A stretch of 64,000 nt of DNA. It comes from Eledone cirrhosa. Lineage: Eukaryota. Where the stretch lies: NCBI GenBank assembly GCA_964016885.1, contig OZ024744.1, forward strand, positions 109,430,001 through 109,494,000. Reading direction: 5' to 3'. Below are positions 56,580 through 64,000 of the stretch, piece by piece (the stretch's first letter is position 1; every line of letters starts with the position of its first letter). Below the pieces are notes generated by a model that was not told the DNA's origin, did no database searches, and saw only the letters and a program-made list of their open reading frames with translations. A program made the translations under genes and the position numbers.

Positions 56580-56616
<37 letters not shown>

Positions 56617-56646
56617 ACTGTTGTTGCTGTGTTGTTGCTGTTGCTG

Positions 56647-56686
<40 letters not shown>

Positions 56687-56737
56687 GCTGTGTTGTTGTT
56701 GCTGTTGTTGTTGTTGTTGTTACTGTGTTGATGTTGT
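55995..56737. repeat. Imperfect (GTT)n/(GCT)n microsatellite
   Basis: Direct. Confidence 0.95.
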
Positions 56738-56749
56738 CTAGTCAATAGA

Positions 56750-57500
56750 ATGATCAAAGCTATTTCAACTGAGACCATCCCATCTTTCTAAGACTCTAAT
56801 ATGTCATTTCCTGGGTTTTTTTTGTTGTTGTTGGTAGGGATCGGTTGTGTCATGTAAGGAGACTATTTCTAGCATATCGAGTAAGACAAGGAGATCCCCT
56901 TTCCAGAATATGAGCAGACATATGATTAAAGGCATTCCAACCAGGAAAATCCCTTCTTTTGTCATGCCTTGTGTATCTAGGAATACATTATCTAATGTTG
57001 TTTTCCTCTAGTGAGTCATTTGAGGGAGATTTTACTGCTCTCTACATCAGATCAACCTACTGTCAAAGACATTCGAACCATGTCAATACCAACTTTTATT
57101 TCAAACATTGTTAATCTAGGAATATATCATTTAATGTTTCTTTTCATTTTGCTTCCTATTAACGACAATACTATGTGATTTGAGGAATATGTGGTTGTTC
57201 TTTCTAGCAGATTGAGTAACCACAAGAAGCCCCCCCCCCCCCCTTATACAGTATAAACAGATCTATGACTAGAGGCATTATAGTCATGACTGTAGCATTC
57301 TCTATCTACGACTACATCTTTCAATGTGTCTTGTTTTTCTTTTTTAACACACTAATGTGTGATTTAAGGACCCCCTGGTTGCTATTTCTAGCATTCTGTA
57401 TCTAGGACTATATTATTAAATGTGGTTTCTCCCTTTTTAAAACGTTTCATTCTGGTTCAAAGGTATATTTGGCTGCTATTTCTAGGACGTTGAATGAGCA
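56750..57500. repeat. Old degenerate tandem repeat of roughly 120-150 bp
   Basis: Recurrent GCTATTTCTAGCA, TATCTAGGA.TACATTAT and TGATTTGAGG motifs. Confidence 0.5.
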
Positions 57501-57633
57501 GATATGAGGCTCCGTTGTTAGCTTTCAACAGCTCGAGTTATTGGAATGAGGTGTGGCGACATGTTTTGGTGATAGGGAGTGTCAGTGGTATGTTGTTATG
57601 GTACAATTAATGATGTATATTTCCATAGACTCA

Positions 57634-57694
<61 letters not shown>

Positions 57695-57839
57695 TATATA
57701 TATATGTAAGTATGTATGTATGTATGTATACGTACATACATATATGTATACAGACGTGCAGTAGTATGTATATATATATATATATACATGCACACATATA
57801 TATATATATGCACGTATCGGTTTACCGACACATTTATTA

Positions 57840-58028
57840 TAATTGTTTCTACGTTAGGCACAAGGCCAGCAAATTTCCAGTGCATTACTGGTACTTTATT
57901 TTATCGACCCCGTAAGGATGAAAGGCAAAGTCAACCTCGGCGGGATTTGAACTCAGATCGTAAAGGGACGTAACTACGCTGGAAAGCATGGCGTCCGACC
58001 CTCTACCGATACTGCCAATCCACCGCCC
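57840..58028 (-). mobile_element. Nin/Deu-like tRNA SINE, full length
   Basis: Family text. Confidence 0.85.
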
Positions 58029-58394
58029 TATAATGCTTGGTTTGTTTGTTTGTAAACAAACAGCCCGGATTACGCCGTACAGTTTTTAGGCAACCACGTC
58101 ACCTGTTTGTTCAACACTGACACAGGAACGATGTACTAGTTTCAAGCTTATTAGCTATCGTCAGCATCGTATACCTTCCTGCCAGATGGTTGAACGTCTG
58201 AAAGTATATACTTTCCTTATGCATATTAACGGCTGAGCAGCCTAATTTGCATATCGAGTGAGTTCAGTCGGCCGGGCACACCGAAAACGATAAATGGAAT
58301 AGAATGAAACGAAATTTCATTTCTCACTCTTAGTACGGCACTTCCTTAAATGTAAGTATGTATTGGTATTAGGTTCACGCTTCAGAGTGGGGTG

Positions 58395-58447
<53 letters not shown>

Positions 58448-59356
58448 ATACTTGGGGAGGGTCATATTTGTGTAATAATATTGCCAGAATTAATAACAGA
58501 ACACACTCACTGTTTGGTTGGTTTTCGCTTCTGTGTCTTTTATATCGGTTAATTTAATTTATTCGGTCCTCAATGTTGCCATTAACTGACCAACGGTCAA
58601 AAATACAGATACAATATAGACACAAACACATATATATAGTCTAACAAAGTTCATTCGTTGCACATCTGCAACATTCTTCAGTGGTGCTATTATGTTTCCT
58701 CCCGTTGCATTGTATGCCTACGCCATCTTTATTTAGTCTGTTTATATATTTATTTATTTGTTTATTTTTTGTCTTCTCTGCGCATGCGTTTGCGTGTGTG
58801 TATAGTGTTTTGTTTGATGTGTGTTCGTGTTTGGGTGACTGTGTATTGGTTAATGTATTCTATCTTAGTTTACTAGTGTGTGTTTATATGTGTTTGTTGT
58901 TATTGTGCTTATGTATGTATTTATTTATTTATTTATTTATTTATTTATACTTCTCTTAGGTCAGTGTTGTTTGTTTGGGTGTTGTTGGTATTCCATTCAT
59001 TTTTTCTGTTTAGCCTTGGCGTTCTAATTTCTATTTCGCTGGCCTCTCTGATTTGCCTATCTGCTGGGTCATTTCTATGTTTAGATATTATTCTAATTTC
59101 TATGTTGTCTATGTTACTGTCGTGTTGTTGTTGTCTGGCATGTTCGTATAGTACTGAAACTAATTCATCGCCGTTATATATATATACTCTGGGTAATTGC
59201 TGGCCTTATGCCTAAAGTAGAAACAGTTATATATATATATATTATTCTAATTTCTATGTTGTCTATGTTACCGTCGTGTTGTTGTCTGGCAGGTTCGTAT
59301 AGTACTGAACTAATTCATCGCCGTTATATATAGAGGTTAACTTTGCCTTTCATCTA

Positions 59357-59541
59357 GGGCGGTGGATTGGCAGTACCGGTAGACGGTCGGACGCCATGCT
59401 TTCCAGCATAGTTACGTCCCTTTACGATCTGAGTTCAAATCCCGCCGAGGTTGACTTTGCCTTTCATCCTTACGGGGTCGATAAAATAAAGTACCAGTAA
59501 TGCACTGGGTAATTGCTGGCCTTGTGCCTAAAGTAGAAACA
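59357..59541 (+). mobile_element. Nin/Deu-like tRNA SINE, full length (partial copies at 59190-59225, 60110-60222 and 62790-62897)
   Basis: GGGCGGTGGATTGGCAGT...GAGTTCAAATCCCGCCGAGG...GTAGAAACA. Confidence 0.85.
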
Positions 59542-59542
59542 G

Positions 59543-59588
<46 letters not shown>

Positions 59589-59693
59589 TTTCTGAATTTG
59601 TTTAGCAAGATTCTTTATCTGAAATCGTGTGTTGAAACCGATATTGTTATACTTTGGGAGGGTCATGTTGGCAACATGACCCTCCCAAAGTAT

Positions 59694-59730
<37 letters not shown>

Positions 59731-59773
59731 AATTCAAAATATTAACAAAAATAGACATTCGTGTGATCAAGTA

Positions 59774-59840
59774 TATTTTATTATACATATTTCAGAGGTA
59801 CTGAGCTATCTTAAACAGTACGTCCTCATCAGATAAAATA
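59774..59840 (-). ncRNA. Type I hammerhead ribozyme, intact core
   Basis: Minus: TATTTTAT-CTGATGA-GGACGTACTG...CAGTACCTCT-GAAATATGT-ATA-ATAAAATA; 8-bp stem I. Confidence 0.85.
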
Positions 59841-60252
59841 AGATGATGCATGACATACCCTGACTTAGTAGATGGTTAAGATTCAGTCATGGTTGTGAAT
59901 AAGATATGACAAAACTCAATATTTATATACCTTAAGATTGAGACATGAAAAAATTACATATAATACAGAGGGTGCGTGTGGGAAAGCTTAAACATACATA
60001 ATAGTAATTTACATAACTGTTAGATATTCAAACAATTTAAATTATTGAAGAAAGAAGAAAGACAGAGAAAAACAGATGAGAAAAACGAATCGAATATTAT
60101 TATTAATATTTCAAATCCCGCAGAGGTTTATTTTGCCTTTCATCTTTACTGGGTCGATAAAATGAAGCACCAGTAATACACTGTGATAATTGCTGACCTT
60201 GTGCCAAAAGTAGAAACAATTATTAATATTCGAAAAACTCTGATATACATTT

Positions 60253-60298
<46 letters not shown>

Positions 60299-60439
60299 AG
60301 GCATGCTTCTTCTTATTTTTATCAGGATTATAATTCAAATTATTATTATCTATATATTCAATATAATAATTTGAATTATAATCCTAATAAAAATAAGACT
60401 AAAATATATAAACGAGATTCCCAAAATTATAATACAAAC

Positions 60440-61310
60440 ACCAATACCGTGAATAAATCGGTGAAAAAAATCAGAACTAAATCAGTTATATGCCCCCCCC
60501 CCCCCCCCCCCACCACCACCACCTCCCAGCTTCTGTAGCAATAAAAACACCACTCGCAAATCTATTCTTTAAAGCTTTAGATAAATGCTTCCCCATTCAA
60601 CACAAATACGTTCCATATTTAACAGACACACAATTAAGCTTTCTTATTCTACAACTATGAATATGGCCCAGAATATCGCAAAAATAAATAGTAGAATTCT
60701 AAATCATAATCAACAAACAATTAGCGATAATGAATATAATAACACTAGCAATATTAATACTAGAAATAACAATAACATTAATCTAAGCACAATCAATAGA
60801 ACACTTCAAAGTACTAACAATGTTAATGTCAATTGTCCAACTTATAGTAATAACAATAAATCGAAATGTTATTGTAGAAATAGATCAAATTGCCCTCTGC
60901 AAAATAATTGTCTGGATAGCAATCTGGTCGATAAATGCACCGTAAAAGCAAATAACATCACATACAACTATATTGGTGCAACTTCATCGACATTTAAATT
61001 AAGATTTTCGAATCACAAATATTCTTTTTCGAATCTTAATAGGAAATCTTCGACTTCTTTATCACAACTTATATGGTCGTTAAAAGACAAAAATTTAAAT
61101 TACTCGATTTCTTGGTCGAAGCTGTGTAATAGTCGAATCTACTTGAATTATTCAATATCAACTAACTGCAATCTTTGTACTATGGAGACCCTATTAATAA
61201 TTACTAATTATGAAAATTTAATTAACAAAAAAAGTGAATTATTCTCAAATTACCTTCATAAAGCTTCCTCTACATTCCAAGCCTCGCAAAAAATAAGGAA
61301 AAAACACTAA
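60440..61310 (+). mobile_element. Penelope-like element, Naiad-type linker and GIY-YIG endonuclease (5'-truncated)
   Basis: IFNRHTIKLSYS, CYCRNRSNCPLQNNC (CxCx5Cx5C), YIGATSSTFKLRFSNHKYSF, STSLSQLIWSLK, CNLCTME, INKKSEL. Confidence 0.85.
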
Positions 61311-62213
61311 ATATATAGGTTCTAATTTTTGACGTTTCTTATCAACTGAGTGAGTAAAATGTTATAACAGATTATAAAACCTTATAATAATTTTTATTCA
61401 TTTATGATATTATTAATCTTAGATTAAGGGTTCTACATAAATATATAAACATATAAATTGTTAACATGATCTCTTGATGAATAGGCATATCATTTGATTG
61501 TGAAGATACATTTAATTTGATCCTGATTCTTGTATTTTTTTAAATATATAGCTTATATGGTTAACAGTTGTAAGGAACCGTAAACCATTCATGTATCTAT
61601 GTATTTATTCATTTGGAGTATGTTGGTTTTAAGATTCAGGATGTTTGATTTATATATTTGTATATACTTAAGGTATATGTGTCGCACACGATCCTAGTCG
61701 GCAAACTTTTTCCACTTAACTTGATGTAAAACTTCAATTATAACTTTACTAACAATGATTGTATTTATTATTTATTTATCTTATGTATATGGACCATTAA
61801 TATCGTCTTGAGTTCCGAACAGAATACTCTGTATATATTTAGACAAATGTCTATAGCTAGTTTAATAACATGCTTCTAGCTACATTTATAAGTGCCTTAA
61901 ATACTTAAGGATATTCTAGTGTTATAATTGTTAAATATTTTCTAAATTATATAATGATTATTATTTTTTAATATAATTAAATTCGGGTTACCTTCGGGTC
62001 GATGAAAATCTAAGTTTTCTCTTTCTCATGTTTGCAGACACTTTAAATATGATATTATACTACAATATAGATCCTTAAACATTTTCTTGTATTTTTAAAT
62101 TATACAGCTTAGATATTTGGCACTTATAGGATCGCAAACCATTTACTTATTTATTTTGAAACTGGTTCTCATCCTTATGATTCATGAAGTTTGATTTGTA
62201 TATTTATAGTATA

Positions 62214-63348
62214 CTAGCAGAGGTACCCGGCGTTGCTCGGGTATTAAATAGCAGTTATGTATACCATTTATGTCAATACTTCAGTGCTGCTTCGAAAACT
62301 ATACTTTTATAAACTCATCGACTTTTTCCAAAAGGGGGTTCCTGCCCTCAGGGGTCCCCTACTCAATATGTGCCAATTCTGAGAGTTCACATTCATCTGT
62401 AGAACAAACGTATCCCATGTGTCAAGTTTTGTGAAAATCGGTTGCGAACTCCAGAAGTTATGACGTTTTTTTTGCATTGCACTGCAATGCTTCAGTCGAC
62501 TCCAAGGAAGTGGTTAAAGGGCGTTATCCGCCGGGAGGCCCTATAATCAATATCTGGAAAAATGAAAGTGTCCATGACCATCCGGAGTACATGAGTAACC
62601 TATGTCTTAAGTTTGGTGAAAATACTGTAGAAATGCATAAGGTTTACACACACGCGCGCGCGCGCACGTGTGTGTGTGTGTGTATGTATTTGTGTGTGCG
62701 TATGTATAAGTATGTGTATGTTCGTCGGTGCATACGTATGTACTGGCCTAAATCTTCACTATTTATTTTTACTATGTTAAGGCAAAGTTAAAATCCCGTC
62801 GAGGTTAACTTTGCCTTTCATCCTTACGGGGTCGATAAAATAAAGTACCAGTAATGTACTGTTTAATTGCTGGCCTTGTGCCAAAAGTAGAAACAACTAT
62901 TTTAATAACCTGTCATTTTCGTTTACAATTTTATTTACATCATTCTTAAACTCCGGGGCTGGAAATCATTCGGTTATTTTAAATAGAATATTAGTCTAAC
63001 GACTCCATTTACACCATAAACTTGGTCTTCTCTTTGCATGAAATTGTTCTTCTCGGTCCACCGCGTCGTTTATACGTAACATAAATAGATAAGCAAATGA
63101 CGCCATAAAAGGGAAATAACTCGTCTCTCATCTCTATTTATACATTTGAACTGAAAAATCAATACATTACAAATTCGATTTTTACACTTGGCGTGGGTCG
63201 ATTTGAAAATTTATTTGACCGATGGTTCCGCCGGACCTTCATCTATAAGTGTAGCAATTTCACCGAAATTTGAACGTACGGTTTAAGAGGAGATGTGTGC
63301 CGAAGGTTTTAGTAGACAGACAGACAACCTCAGTTTTATATATATAGA
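62214..63348 (-). mobile_element. Non-autonomous Helitron with both ends intact
   Basis: Minus: A|TCTATATATATAAAACTGAGGTTGTCTGTCTGTC ... ACCCGAGCAACGCCGGGT-ACCTCTG-CTAG|T; A^T insertion, no TSD; carries a partial SINE. Confidence 0.8.
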
Positions 63349-64000
63349 TATGTATTACATGATCCTAATATAATAATTGCTCTAAAACCTTAATTTTAAC
63401 AATATTAACAGTAACTTATTTATTATATTATGTTATGTTATGTATAACTGACTAATATCGTCTTGAACTTTAGACAATATACTCTTTGTATAAATTTAGA
63501 CAAATCCGTATATCTAGTTTAAAATATATCCTTTTTAAGTATAATTATAAGGCCTTTAGATACTTTAGGGCATTCTAATTGTTAATTTTAAATTTTTAAA
63601 GTTATAATTGTAATTACTTTATTGATTATTATTTTAATATAAATTTTTTTTTTATATAATTTAATATGGATTACCTTCGAGTGGATGAAAATATTAAGTC
63701 TCTTCTTTCTCATGTTTTCAAATACTTTAAATATGATTTTATAAATTAAATATGATAGTATACTTTAATATAAATACTTATAAACTTTTATAGCCTGAAA
63801 TATTATACCTTTAGATTAATTCATTATTCTGAACTAACATAAATGATTCGAAATTTAATGGTCATCCGGATACCTTTGGATATATATAATGTATATAGTT
63901 AATTGTTAGTATATTTCTAATTAACTAAGGACTAGAAATTAAACCCTTATAATTACACCCAGATATATTTAATATATAGATTGATTGATTATTTCTAGAT

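Noticed and set aside
55946-56778. PolyQ/N/C/L ORFs
   Set aside because: Imperfect (GTT)n microsatellite with no splice or codon support.
59357-59445. Possible tRNA gene from A/B boxes
   Set aside because: It is the head of a multi-copy SINE and I cannot draw a full cloverleaf.

Overview
Eukaryotic, extremely repeat-rich intergenic or intronic DNA with no host protein-coding exon that I can support. The (TA)n/(GT)n/(GA)n load, the Nin/Deu-domain tRNA SINE and the retroelement mix suggest a coleoid cephalopod, probably an octopus (inference only). Almost every long ORF in the track is a microsatellite artefact. The real content is: (1) a head-to-tail array of five Tx1/L1-clade retrotransposon copies at 13.2-22.6 kb, each abutting a (GA)(GATA)n target, with GGAGAGATAGATA repeated at three successive junctions; (2) Penelope-like element (PLE) remnants of Neptune and Naiad type, plus more than a dozen type I hammerhead ribozyme motifs from unrelated families, some in inverted pairs; (3) R4/Dong, CRE and RTE LINE fragments and two Helitrons; (4) many SINEs, including a tandem run; (5) a ~5 kb compound satellite with a ~1660 bp higher-order repeat and a ~9 kb ~30-bp minisatellite that spans a 200-N assembly gap. 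All calls come from reading and translating by eye; no searches were run, and boundaries are approximate unless stated.
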